IMG/VR virus record: IMGVR_UViG_3300024258_000005
Source of the DNA: a virus
Reading direction: 5' to 3' (one strand)
DNA length: 64,000 bases
In this document: positions 49,262 through 58,901 of the stretch, piece by piece
How the letters are laid out: the number at the start of each line of letters is the position of its first letter
Position numbering within the stretch: position 1 is the first letter of the stretch
Translations under genes and position numbers: made by a program
The notes under the pieces: model-generated
Told to the model about the DNA's origin: nothing
What the model saw: only the letters and a program-made list of their open reading frames with translations
Database searches by the model: none

Positions 49262-49295
49262 TTATTATCTTTAAAGATCGTTTTTTAAAAAATCT
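49262..49295 (+). repeat. 34-bp element shared with 17567-17600 in inverted orientation
   Basis: ttattatctttaaagatcgttttttaaaaaatct has one mismatch to the reverse complement of 17567-17600 and contains the array core. Confidence 0.85.
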
Positions 49296-49304
49296 CGAAT
49301 TTTT

Positions 49305-50819
49305 TTAAGATAAATAATTTTTTATAAAACTCATGTTACCTGAGTCATATATAACTCGATATTTATTTTCTATCATATTTTGAATCTCTGTTTTTTCAGA
49401 ATCAAAAGTATCCAAAAGGGCTTCTAATTTATGCTTTTGAAATTTTATTCTTGAATATAATTCATTATTTTTAAAATAAAAATAATTAGGATTTGATATT
49501 GTATTATGTTTAAAATTTAATGTTTTATACAAATTACCATTACTCCATCTCCTATTAGCATATGAAATTAATATGTCTGGTTTATAATGTATCTCGAAGT
49601 ATTTTAATAATTTACTTGCAGCTCCTGGTACCTGAAGATTTAATTTTGAACAAAATCTAATTAATTCAAAACTAATATTTTTATCATATCTACTTTTACC
49701 AAAAGTCATAACAGATACCAATTCATCTGTTGCGTTACTAAATAATCCTAATTGTATAGAACTTTGACATTTACCTTGTAAATGGTTTTCATCTAAAAAA
49801 TTATTAGTTAAAGAATTATCAATCTCTTTAATATAACATTCTCTTGCTCCGATTTTAAATTCAACTTTTCCTAAAGCATTTCTTATTTGACTTTTCCAAA
49901 TTTCTTTTTTCTTTTCCCATTCATTTTCAAATATATGAAACAATTGATAACCTTTTGATTCACAAGCTACTGTTTTTTTAATATGTCTGTTTTTATTATA
50001 ATTTAAATTATTTTGTTTATCATTAACGTTATTTAAACCATAACTATGCCAATATAAACCGTTAAATTCAATTGCAACCTTATAATCAGGTATTAATATA
50101 TCAAGCTCTAGAGGAGATATAAGAGTCCTATCACTTTGCTTAATATCTAATCCTAAAGATTCTACAAAATCCGCAACCTCTTTTTCAGGACTTGATATTA
50201 AACCATTAGTGTATACAATATTAAGATATTGCATTCTTTTGTTAATATTAGATTTAGAAATATTAAAATGCAAAACCATTTTATCGATATCAAGTATATT
50301 ATTTGTAATAAAATTTTTTATAATATATTGTTTATTGTAATCTTTTATATTTGTAAAATGTTTATATGTACTTGAGACAGCCCCATATTTTAATATACAT
50401 GTTTCTTTTACTTTTTTTTGAACTACTGGAACTTGCATATGATTATCAACCCCATATTTCTTTCGACATGTATTTTTAGTTTTCTTATTTTTAGTTATCT
50501 TTTTTTCTTCTGTCCAACTTTTTGATATTTGTTTTCTTAAAACTGAATCTTTATTTCTGCATGTGATTGAACAATATTGTCTAAATAAATTCTTTTCATT
50601 ATCAAATTTTGTATGATTTTTACAATCAATAGAACGACATTCTATATGTGATTTATTCATAACATATAAGTAAATTCTAGCTTTATCTGAATATACATCA
50701 TATGTTGTTTCTAATATTAGATCCCATATAGGAAGATCTAATATTTTTTTATTATTAGAACGTAATTTTAATGGGTCTTTCGATTTTATATATGGTGCTA
50801 TTGTTGTTATATCATTCAA
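49305..50819 (-). mobile_element. Hef-like homing endonuclease (504 aa)
   Basis: ISPLELDILIPDYKVAIEFNGLYWHS, LFHIFENEW, GARECY, ELIRFCS, ISYANRRWS; variable Cys-containing N-terminus. Confidence 0.8.
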
Positions 50820-50865
50820 TTTTTTTCCTTTTCTAACGATTCCTATACAGTTTTAATTTCTATGT

Positions 50866-50901
50866 TATTAACAAACAATCCATATGGATTGTTTGTTAAT
50901 A
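50866..50901. repeat. 36-bp perfect palindrome between the two Hef-like genes
   Basis: tattaacaaacaatccatatggattgtttgttaata is self-complementary. Confidence 0.9.
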
Positions 50902-50953
50902 TATTATACACTAAGGGGTAAATTTTGAGCATTATTGTCTTTATCAAATATTT

Positions 50954-52591
50954 TTAATAACTTTTGATAAAACTTAAATTTCCAGCGTCATATATAGATC
51001 TATACCCGTCTTCGATCATATTCTGCATTTCTGTTTTTAATGGATCAAAAACTTCCAATTGTTTTTCTAATTTATGTTTCTGGAATTTTACACGTGAATA
51101 TAATATATCATTATTTTTAAAATAAAAATAATTGGGGTTAGATATTGTATTAACTTTAAAATTTAAAGTCTTATATAAATGACCAGTACTCCACCGTCTA
51201 TTTGCATAACTAATTAAACCATTAGGTTTATAATTTATTTCAAAATGTTTTAATAATTTACTTGCAGCTCCTGGTACTTGTAGATTTAATTTTGAACAAA
51301 ATCTAATTAATTCGAAATCAATATTCTTATTGAATCTACTTTTCCCAAAAGTCATAACAGAAACCAATTCATCCGTTACTTTACTAAACAATCCTAATCT
51401 AATAGAGCTTTGACATTTACCTTGTAAATGATTAATATCCAAAAAATTATTAGTTAAAGAATTATCAATCTCTTTGATGTAACATTCTCTTGCACCTAAA
51501 CGATATTTACATTTTCCTAAAGCATTTCTTATTTGACTTTTCCAAATATTTTTCTTATTATCCCATTCATTTTCAAATATATGAAACAATTGAAAATTTT
51601 TATTTTCACATGCTTCTGTTTTTTTAACATGTCTATTTTTATTATATTTAAGATCTCCTTGATTATAATTAGTGTTATTTAAACCATAACTATGCCAATA
51701 TAAACCGTTAAACTCAATAGCAATATTATGATCAGGTATTATTATATCAAGCTCTAGAGGAGATATAAGAGTCCTATCACTCTGTTTAATATCAACATCT
51801 AAACTTTTAATAAAATCAGCAACTTCTTGTTCTGCTCTTGATATACCATTTTTAGATTTAAAATCTATGTTATTTAATTTCAAAAAATTATATGCTGTTA
51901 TTTTATTAATATTAAAATATTCACAAAACTTTAGAAGATTAATAGTCTCATCTGGTAAAATAAAATGTTTTTTTATATATGCTTTATTGTAATTGTTATA
52001 ATTTGTAATATTTAACTGTTGATGATGTCGGTCTTTATAAACATGTGGAACTTTATTATTTCTATGTAAATTTTTTATTTGATTTTGATTAGTTACTCCA
52101 TACTTATTAAATATTGTTTTTTGTAGCTTCTGTTGTCGTATACTGTGTTTATCATCGTGAACACAATCACAAAAAGTATTAAAAAAATTAGTGCTCTTAT
52201 TAAAGGTTTTCGTATTAAAACAATTTGAAGATTCACAAATTAATTCTTGTTCTGATAAATCATAAACTAAGATAAACATTCGAACAAGTATACTTCCTTT
52301 AAAAAATTTCGTATCTTCTAATATTTTGTCATAAATGATATCATCTTGTAATTTTTTTAGATTTATAAGTTGTCCATCTTTTCGTATATATTCAGTTAAA
52401 TTATATTTTTCAATTAAAACTAAATTTCTTTTAATCTTTAGTTTTCTTAATTCAATTTTAATAGAAATTAATTCTTCTTTATTTTTTTCAATCTCTATTA
52501 AAATTGAAGAATTTTTCTGTTTTTTGTCTTGCAATTTCAATAATTGAATTTTTCTTTTAATCTCTATATATTTTTTATATAATAATAACAT
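50954..52591 (-). mobile_element. Hef-like homing endonuclease (545 aa), tandem paralogue
   Basis: Same C-terminal motifs as the 504-aa copy, with identical DNA stretches (e.g. tcaagctctagaggagatataagagtcctatcact in both). Confidence 0.8.
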
Positions 52592-52674
52592 ACTTTTTTC
52601 CTTTTTGAATAACGTATAGTGGCTTATAATTTCTATGTTAATAATATATTATCAATTAAGATAATATATTATTA

Positions 52675-52704
52675 ATTATAGTATTAGAATTCTAATACTA
52701 TAAT
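52675..52704. terminator. 30-bp perfect palindrome immediately after the major capsid stop
   Basis: attatagtattagaattctaatactataat is self-complementary. Confidence 0.7.
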
Positions 52705-52708
52705 GTTA

Positions 52709-54328
52709 TTATACTAGGCCTAAAGCTGTAGCATAACCTTTAAGACGAATTGTACCAAGTGCTTCATTTCTTACTATACCAATCCAGTTACGAGATTTGA
52801 TGAAAGAACGTTTAACACTATCAGTAGTTTCTGTGATTACATAAAGAGGTTTATGGCTTATTTCAACAATTGAACTCTGAGCTAAACTTTCAGATTTCGG
52901 GATTAAGTGAATTAAATCATTTCCAACAGCATGTGAAGTAATAACTTCTAGCTTAGAGAAAGAGCCTGTTTCACCAGAGAAACCTGTTTCACCTTCAAAA
53001 CCTTCGAATTTTACAGCGAATGATTGCATTGACTTAAGAACAGCAGCAGAATCAATACCAGTAACTAAATACTTGATTTCAAAACGAGTAGCTTTCTTAA
53101 TTGTCTCTTGAAGAGCGATAAGAACAGGAATGATATTTTTGAAGATATCTTGAACTGAAGCTGGTTTAGTATCAGTAGCACCTGAGATAGTTGATAAATC
53201 AATTTCTCTATAGTGACCGTATTCCATAGCAGCAGGAATGTTAGACTCAAGTAAATCAGCGATTTCGAAATCTCTGTTTAGTTTGATTTGGTCTTTTACA
53301 TAAGACTTAAGTTGTGCAATGATATCTAAATTGTAAAGAGATTTCCAATCTTGGATAACTTCTTCAATGTTTTCGATTTCAAAAGAATCTTCAATATCAC
53401 AGTTGATATCAAGTACATCTTGTTTTGGACGAGCTTTAGTTACAGCAAGACCGTTACCAACACCCATAATTCTAAGTTTAGCATCAATAGTAACAGAAGC
53501 TACTGCAGCACCACCCATAGAGATAGCAGACCATGTAATGTCACCAGACTCAAAATTAATTTGACCTTGGATTTTAAATGTAGCTACTTCAGAACCTGGA
53601 GTTGTTACATAAGCATTTGTAGCAGCATCAAAAGCTAATAGTGGGTCAGCAGTTGGATAAAGTTTAATACCTTCAGCTGCAAAGTTACCACGAGCATCGG
53701 CAACCGCAATCATATCGATAGGATAATCAAGTGCACCATCAGTAGCACCAACATCAGCATTAATAACAACGTTAGTAATTTTGAAGTTACGCTTATTAAG
53801 ACGGAACTGAGAATAGTTAGTTGTAGATGTACCTTCGAATAGTTTTCCAAATGCATTACCAGATTGACCAACAGTAATCATTTCATGACCTGTACGAACA
53901 GATTTAGTAGCAGTTGGGAATTCTAATTCAGTTACATTACCTTTATGGTCAATAACTTTAGAGATCCATTTAAGACGTGGAATTGTCATTGTAGGAACTG
54001 CAGATGGGTAAACACTTACAACTTTTGATAATAGAGGATCAGAATAGATATCTACTAGCATTGGGAAAGATGTTACAGCATAAGTAATAGCATCAGGGCT
54101 ACCAAGTAAAGAAGCAGACTCTTCTAAAAGTACTTCACGTTGACGATCAAACATACCTTTAATTCTACGAGACTCAGACTCTTCAAGTCCTTCAAGTAGT
54201 TTATTTGCATATGAATCATAAGTAACTTGATCAGTTACAATTGACATAGCTGATGTAGCTTCTTCGAATAACTCAGAGTTTTCTGTGATATAACAGTTAA
54301 AGTTTTCTAAAATTAGATTTTCGTTCAT
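52709..54328 (-). CDS. Major capsid protein
   Basis: Directly downstream of the prohead protease. It has an acidic propeptide with ILE/ITE/LEES sites, strongly biased codon usage (gct/act/tct/cgt) and is followed by a strong hairpin. Confidence 0.85.
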   Translation of the reverse strand: MNENLILENFNCYITENSELFEEATSAMSIVTDQVTYDSYANKLLEGLEESESRRIKGMFDRQREVLLEESASLLGSPDAITYAVTSFPMLVDIYSDPLLSKVVSVYPSAVPTMTIPRLKWISKVIDHKGNVTELEFPTATKSVRTGHEMITVGQSGNAFGKLFEGTSTTNYSQFRLNKRNFKITNVVINADVGATDGALDYPIDMIAVADARGNFAAEGIKLYPTADPLLAFDAATNAYVTTPGSEVATFKIQGQINFESGDITWSAISMGGAAVASVTIDAKLRIMGVGNGLAVTKARPKQDVLDINCDIEDSFEIENIEEVIQDWKSLYNLDIIAQLKSYVKDQIKLNRDFEIADLLESNIPAAMEYGHYREIDLSTISGATDTKPASVQDIFKNIIPVLIALQETIKKATRFEIKYLVTGIDSAAVLKSMQSFAVKFEGFEGETGFSGETGSFSKLEVITSHAVGNDLIHLIPKSESLAQSSIVEISHKPLYVITETTDSVKRSFIKSRNWIGIVRNEALGTIRLKGYATALGLV

Positions 54329-54355
54329 TTTAATTCCTTAGGGTTTTTATATTAA

Positions 54356-54366
54356 TTATTTGTTAT
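54356..54366 (-). promoter_or_regulatory. Candidate late promoter ATAACAAATAA upstream of the capsid gene
   Basis: Near-exact motif 28 nt upstream of the ATG, adjacent to the hairpin tatagcttt-aaaa-aaagctata (54366-54387). Confidence 0.45.
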
Positions 54367-54405
54367 ATAGCTTTAAAAAAAGCTATAATTTTTTCTCTAA
54401 AATTT

Positions 54406-55200
54406 TTATATTTTAAATGAGAAACTTTTTATTGTATTTTTAGTTAATGATAAATCAATTAAATAATTAATTGATTCTTCAATAGTACCTTCTATACAAC
54501 TACCATCGATAGAACAAGCACATACTTGTTCACCATCTAAATCAAATTGAGCATATCCGTTTCCAGATGACTCCATAATGATTTCCGTAATATCTTTCTT
54601 ATGGTCCGAAAGTTCTTTTACAAGAGCTAACGGATCAGTGCTTTCATTTATGAACTCATAGATAACAGCTGATGAATGACTTGGATTAGAAACAACATCA
54701 AACGTTAATGCTTTTAATCCAACAGGGTTAACCATTGTAACTCCAGTAGGAGATTTAGTGCTAGCACCAAATGCTCTTAATGAGAATCCTATAGTTACCT
54801 TGTCTTTTAGAAGACGATAGAAATCCATACCTGCACTGTTTGTGAGAGTTTCACATTCAGCAGTAATAAATTTACCATCATAATCTAATTTCGTATAAAG
54901 TACACAAGAGTCTTTAAGACTAATGGTACTTGAACGTTTCATTTTTGCAGCTGTATCGCCTTGAGGACTTGGATGATCCATTTCACCTAGTAACTTACGC
55001 TCTGACGCTTTTGGTGCTAATTGATTAACAATAACTTGCAATACTTCATCAGTATATGCTCGACCGTTATTGTTAGTAACACCTTCTTCTTGTAATTTAG
55101 CTTTGAACTTTATTTTTTGTTCTCCGCCAAATGTACTTTCTTCAAGAAGTTCTACATCCATAGAAACATAAGCTGATTCATGAATAATATTAAAATCCAT
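54406..55200 (-). CDS. Prohead maturation protease, T4 gp21-like
   Basis: NNNGRAY, LGEMDHP (catalytic His), IGFSLRAFG (Ser), TFDVVSNPSH (Asp). Confidence 0.92.
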   Translation of the reverse strand: MDFNIIHESAYVSMDVELLEESTFGGEQKIKFKAKLQEEGVTNNNGRAYTDEVLQVIVNQLAPKASERKLLGEMDHPSPQGDTAAKMKRSSTISLKDSCVLYTKLDYDGKFITAECETLTNSAGMDFYRLLKDKVTIGFSLRAFGASTKSPTGVTMVNPVGLKALTFDVVSNPSHSSAVIYEFINESTDPLALVKELSDHKKDITEIIMESSGNGYAQFDLDGEQVCACSIDGSCIEGTIEESINYLIDLSLTKNTIKSFSFKI

Positions 55201-55275
55201 ATATTTCTCCTTTGGTTAGATCTGCAGATTTAACTTTGAACAGAATGCAGGGATAATGTCTACATTCTGCTGTAT

Positions 55276-55286
55276 TTATTTGTTAC
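55276..55286 (-). promoter_or_regulatory. Candidate late promoter GTAACAAATAA upstream of the protease gene
   Basis: Exact motif copy 76 nt upstream of the ATG. Confidence 0.5.
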
Positions 55287-55326
55287 CTAACAATATTATT
55301 CTAGTTCAAATAATTTAGAAAACTAT

Positions 55327-56595
55327 TTAATCTGTTGAGTTCAGTGGATCGAGTTCTCCACCTAAATATATACCACTAAACGATGGTGTGTATGGAATTA
55401 GGGTGTAAAATTGATTTAAATGGTTTCTTCCTTCTGCTCTAAGAGCATATTTACATTGAACTGTACTACCTCTTTCCATGTAAAATGCGAATCCATCATT
55501 CCATGTAACTGTACTAGTGTCAAAGTCAAAATCAACAACAATGTCACTTTGATCAACATAAAAAGCATTTGAATCAGAAGTATAGTTGTAATAAATGAAT
55601 GCTCTAATTTTTGAACTCCATGAAACAAAATATGAGTTATTTGTGACTAAATATCCAACAGTACAACCAACAAAATAAGCGCTACAGTGATCAATAGTTG
55701 AATGAGTCTTTGGTATATAGTTTTCATATTCACCAATTGTACATGTGTAAAAATTTACTGCCATGTGATCGTTAGCAAATCCTGTGTGATAAAATGACAG
55801 TAACATGTTATCACAATTCCAAAACTCAGCATCTCCATGCATTGCATTAAATTGTATATCCATAACAAGATTATTAACCCCTTCAGCATGGATTGGACAA
55901 AAATTTGTCGAATATCCACAGAAGTCAAAAACACCACTAAAAGAACAAGTTAAATGCATTGATTGTGGAGGAATAGAATTTTTCATAAATATTAATGGAA
56001 TAGCATCATCATTTAATGTATATGTATGTTTACCTATATTAAATGCATTATCTAGTACTTGCATGAAAGTTGTAGGAACAACAAATACATCCGCATTATA
56101 TGCAGTACTCGCTAATTCTGGAGTTTGCATAGTTATAATAACATGTCCAAGATTCATATTAATGATTTGTACTTGTTCAGTTATAACATATCCATTTAAA
56201 ATAGTTACAGTGATTGTAAATGTCGCAGCATCAGTTACAGAGTTACAGTAATCAATACAAGATTGAAGATCTGTATAATCTCCTCCAACGCCAACAGTCA
56301 CATCTATATTCTCTGTTAAAACAACAGCTGCCGGAGCAGGAATATCTGCAATTGCTTCTGTAACGAATGCTATAAGGTCTGTTGCACCTGCTTCAAAATA
56401 TTCTGAAACGAATGCTGTACTTGCTGCTGCTAAAGAATCATCATCAAGAGAAGGAGTAGGCACTAATGGACTACTAGTAAATGTTTTTATCCCAGAGATT
56501 GATTGATCATCCACATTAGTAACACTTTGATTAAAATTATCATCTAGCTCAGCATGAGTTAAGCTTGTCCCTTTTGCTATTCTAGTAGTTACCAT
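55327..56595 (-). CDS. Tail fibre/tailspike receptor-binding protein
   Basis: N-terminal RIAKGTSLTHAELDDNF anchor motif, fibre repeat ISGIKTFTSSPLVPT...ASTAFV, then VTVGVGGDYTDLQ typical of the start of a beta-helix. Confidence 0.7.
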   Translation of the reverse strand: MVTTRIAKGTSLTHAELDDNFNQSVTNVDDQSISGIKTFTSSPLVPTPSLDDDSLAAASTAFVSEYFEAGATDLIAFVTEAIADIPAPAAVVLTENIDVTVGVGGDYTDLQSCIDYCNSVTDAATFTITVTILNGYVITEQVQIINMNLGHVIITMQTPELASTAYNADVFVVPTTFMQVLDNAFNIGKHTYTLNDDAIPLIFMKNSIPPQSMHLTCSFSGVFDFCGYSTNFCPIHAEGVNNLVMDIQFNAMHGDAEFWNCDNMLLSFYHTGFANDHMAVNFYTCTIGEYENYIPKTHSTIDHCSAYFVGCTVGYLVTNNSYFVSWSSKIRAFIYYNYTSDSNAFYVDQSDIVVDFDFDTSTVTWNDGFAFYMERGSTVQCKYALRAEGRNHLNQFYTLIPYTPSFSGIYLGGELDPLNSTD

Positions 56596-57151
56596 GTTTC
56601 AACCTTGCATTATGATTTCTTAACATTGATTTAAAATCCATACTAATTGTTTCGCTTCTTTTGATAAATTCAAAAGGCATTAAATTACCAGTAAGAATTT
56701 GCTCACCACAATATGCGCCAAATTTATATGTAGCATCCGCAGGATATTCAGCCATTAGTTGTTCATATACAGCTTTAGGTATTACACTTCCTGTAATGAT
56801 ACTTGTACCAGCATGCGGATATCTTGAAGCATCCATCTCATGATCAGGACAACCACTAAGTTTAGATAACCATATACTACCGGCTTTCTTAGGTTGAACC
56901 AACTTATGAACAATATCTCCACCATTAACTCTTACTACAAATTCAGTCTTAACTAAAGGCAATAGTTCTTTAAAAGCATCTTGATAATTTCCTGAGAATA
57001 CTTCACTTCTGAAATCAGAATTAGTAATATGTTCACTGCTAGCATCATCATAAATTAATATGTTCTCTATAGGTATAAATTTTAATATTGAATCAATTGT
57101 ATCTTGACATTCAACATCTGTTTGAATGATACACGTTGTCTTTGTTAACAT
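56582..57151 (-). CDS. Glycosyltransferase family 2-like (GT-A) protein, possibly degenerate
   Basis: ILIYDDASSE (V-D-D-G-S-T-D equivalent) and VKTEFVVRVNGGD at the position where DxD is normally found. Confidence 0.5.
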   Translation of the reverse strand: MLTKTTCIIQTDVECQDTIDSILKFIPIENILIYDDASSEHITNSDFRSEVFSGNYQDAFKELLPLVKTEFVVRVNGGDIVHKLVQPKKAGSIWLSKLSGCPDHEMDASRYPHAGTSIITGSVIPKAVYEQLMAEYPADATYKFGAYCGEQILTGNLMPFEFIKRSETISMDFKSMLRNHNARLKHGNY

Positions 57152-57174
57152 TATTAGTTCCTCGGCATCTTTAA

Positions 57175-57273
57175 TTAAGATTTGTTTTTAATTTTTAAAT
57201 TTTTGTCCAATCTTCCGCTAGCATATCGATTTGAGATGCTAGCTATGGGACAATTATATTGTCTACGTTTCAT
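57175..57273 (-). CDS. Small basic ORF (32 aa)
   Basis: Hand-translated MKRRQYNCPIASISNRYASGRLDKNLKIKNKS*; starts 2 nt after the previous stop. Confidence 0.35.
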   Translation of the reverse strand: MKRRQYNCPIASISNRYASGRLDKNLKIKNKS

Positions 57274-57275
57274 AT

Positions 57276-57491
57276 CTATCTGAGGTTGTCATCATTATTT
57301 CCTTTTAAAATTTGAAATTCAGACCACTGAGTACAAGTATCGTACTCGTCTAAATCGCTCGTATCGTTAGTTAACGTTGATAACTCACCATTAACTAACT
57401 CCAACACAGGTTTTGCTTTCCACGCCATATACTTGAGATATGTAGCGCGATAAATACATTTAGATATAACTACTAAACTATATAAATTCAT
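57276..57491 (-). CDS. Hypothetical protein (71 aa; start revised from the ORF track)
   Basis: RBS ggaaataat precedes the ATG at 57491 (MNLYSLVV...), avoiding a 65-nt overlap with the upstream gene. Confidence 0.5.
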   Translation of the reverse strand: MNLYSLVVISKCIYRATYLKYMAWKAKPVLELVNGELSTLTNDTSDLDEYDTCTQWSEFQILKGNNDDNLR

Positions 57492-57504
57492 ATTATTTCC
57501 ATTT

Positions 57505-58113
57505 TTAAGGATCAGTTGGTTTATTAAAAACAACATGAGCCCCTTCATATTTAACTCTATGTTGAGCATCTGTCAACATTAATTTTGTATCATTAACGTC
57601 AACAGTGTTTCCGTTAATTGCAAATTCAATTGCACTTTGAAGTGTATTTAATTGATCTTGCATCCTAGCAAAATCTAATTCAGATACTGGTGAGCTTGTT
57701 AATGTTCTATCATGGTGTGCCCATACTTCACCAGCACTTACAACATTTAAACTAGAACCTGTATCAATTGCTAATGCATTACCAGTAGTTTCTAAGGATA
57801 AAAGAACAGTACCGGAATCTGCCCCCAAGAATGGATTTAATCCACCAGTAGCAAAAAGATTTCCATCAACATTTAATGTATAATCACCGCTCCATGGTTT
57901 TAATCTCCATCCATTTAATAATTCAATATAAGGAGCAATTGTTTTTGTATTTGAGATATATTCTCCACCAATAGATCTGAATGCTTGAGGGAATGTTAAA
58001 TTTTTATCTAACTGTGACCATCTCTTCCAATCAGAATATAATGTTTGTGCATTAAACTCATAAGAATTGACAGCAATGTAAATTATTAGTTCCGGGCCTG
58101 AAAATGTAAACAT
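57505..58113 (-). CDS. Conserved-looking phage structural protein (202 aa)
   Basis: LYSDWKRW...PQAFRSIGG...LNGWRLKP...LNVDGNLF pattern recalled from phage fibre-associated gene clusters. Confidence 0.5.
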   Translation of the reverse strand: MFTFSGPELIIYIAVNSYEFNAQTLYSDWKRWSQLDKNLTFPQAFRSIGGEYISNTKTIAPYIELLNGWRLKPWSGDYTLNVDGNLFATGGLNPFLGADSGTVLLSLETTGNALAIDTGSSLNVVSAGEVWAHHDRTLTSSPVSELDFARMQDQLNTLQSAIEFAINGNTVDVNDTKLMLTDAQHRVKYEGAHVVFNKPTDP

Positions 58114-58152
58114 TGCGTATCTCCTTTATGATGTTGTATTTGCATATTGCTT

Positions 58153-58350
58153 TTACTTATCTATTTGTTTCCTGATGCAATCTTTAACGAACACTTTTTT
58201 ATCGCCCTTGATTTTTAAGAAGCACCAACCGTTTGCTAATAAAAATGCTTCATCTTGTATCTCTTCTGGATCAGAAGGGAGATCAAAAGCATTATCAATA
58301 TTAATTGCTATTTGAGATTGATCTTCCTTCTTTATTTTTTTACGTGCCAT
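58153..58350 (-). CDS. Hypothetical protein (65 aa)
   Basis: ORF with RBS aagga. Confidence 0.55.
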   Translation of the reverse strand: MARKKIKKEDQSQIAINIDNAFDLPSDPEEIQDEAFLLANGWCFLKIKGDKKVFVKDCIRKQIDK

Positions 58351-58370
58351 ATTTAATCCTTTTTAATTTA

Positions 58371-58883
58371 TTATATATTTCTACCCATCGAATTTTTTCG
58401 AGAGAAACTACCATTCTTCATAAAAGGTAAACTACCTTCTGCGAATCTCCAATCATTTGTAAATGTGAACAATTTTAATCTTTCTGAGTAATCAAATGGT
58501 AAAGATTCTGTCATTAATACACCGGCTAATTTCCATTCATCTTGTAACACATAAAATAATTCTTCATATGTACAAGATGTTTTAACTTGAATTTCTTTTG
58601 TCTTGAAAAATATCTCAAGCGTCTCATTAATTACTAACTTAGGCTTTTTAACTTCAGGAACTGGTGTAACATCCATTAATGTTAAACACCAATCTGGTTC
58701 AACTAATACAAGAATTTTACCATTTTGTGTAATTTTAAAAGTTCCACCTAATACATTAACAGTTGTACCAATAGTATCATCATCTAGTACTAAATCTAAT
58801 TCAATATCTAAAAATGTATTTTTAGTATCACACATAATCTTATAGCGTTTTTTATTTGCAATTTCTTTACTCATCTTACTCAT
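58371..58883 (-). CDS. Hypothetical protein (170 aa)
   Basis: ORF with an RBS; ELFYVLQDEW...LPF...NDWRF loosely resembles the 202-aa neighbour. Confidence 0.55.
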   Translation of the reverse strand: MSKMSKEIANKKRYKIMCDTKNTFLDIELDLVLDDDTIGTTVNVLGGTFKITQNGKILVLVEPDWCLTLMDVTPVPEVKKPKLVINETLEIFFKTKEIQVKTSCTYEELFYVLQDEWKLAGVLMTESLPFDYSERLKLFTFTNDWRFAEGSLPFMKNGSFSRKNSMGRNI

Positions 58884-58901
58884 CTTTATTCCTTAAAATT
58901 T

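Noticed and set aside
57492-57569. N-terminal 26 codons of the 97-aa ORF in the track
   Set aside because: They overlap the 202-aa gene; a good RBS supports the ATG at 57491 instead.
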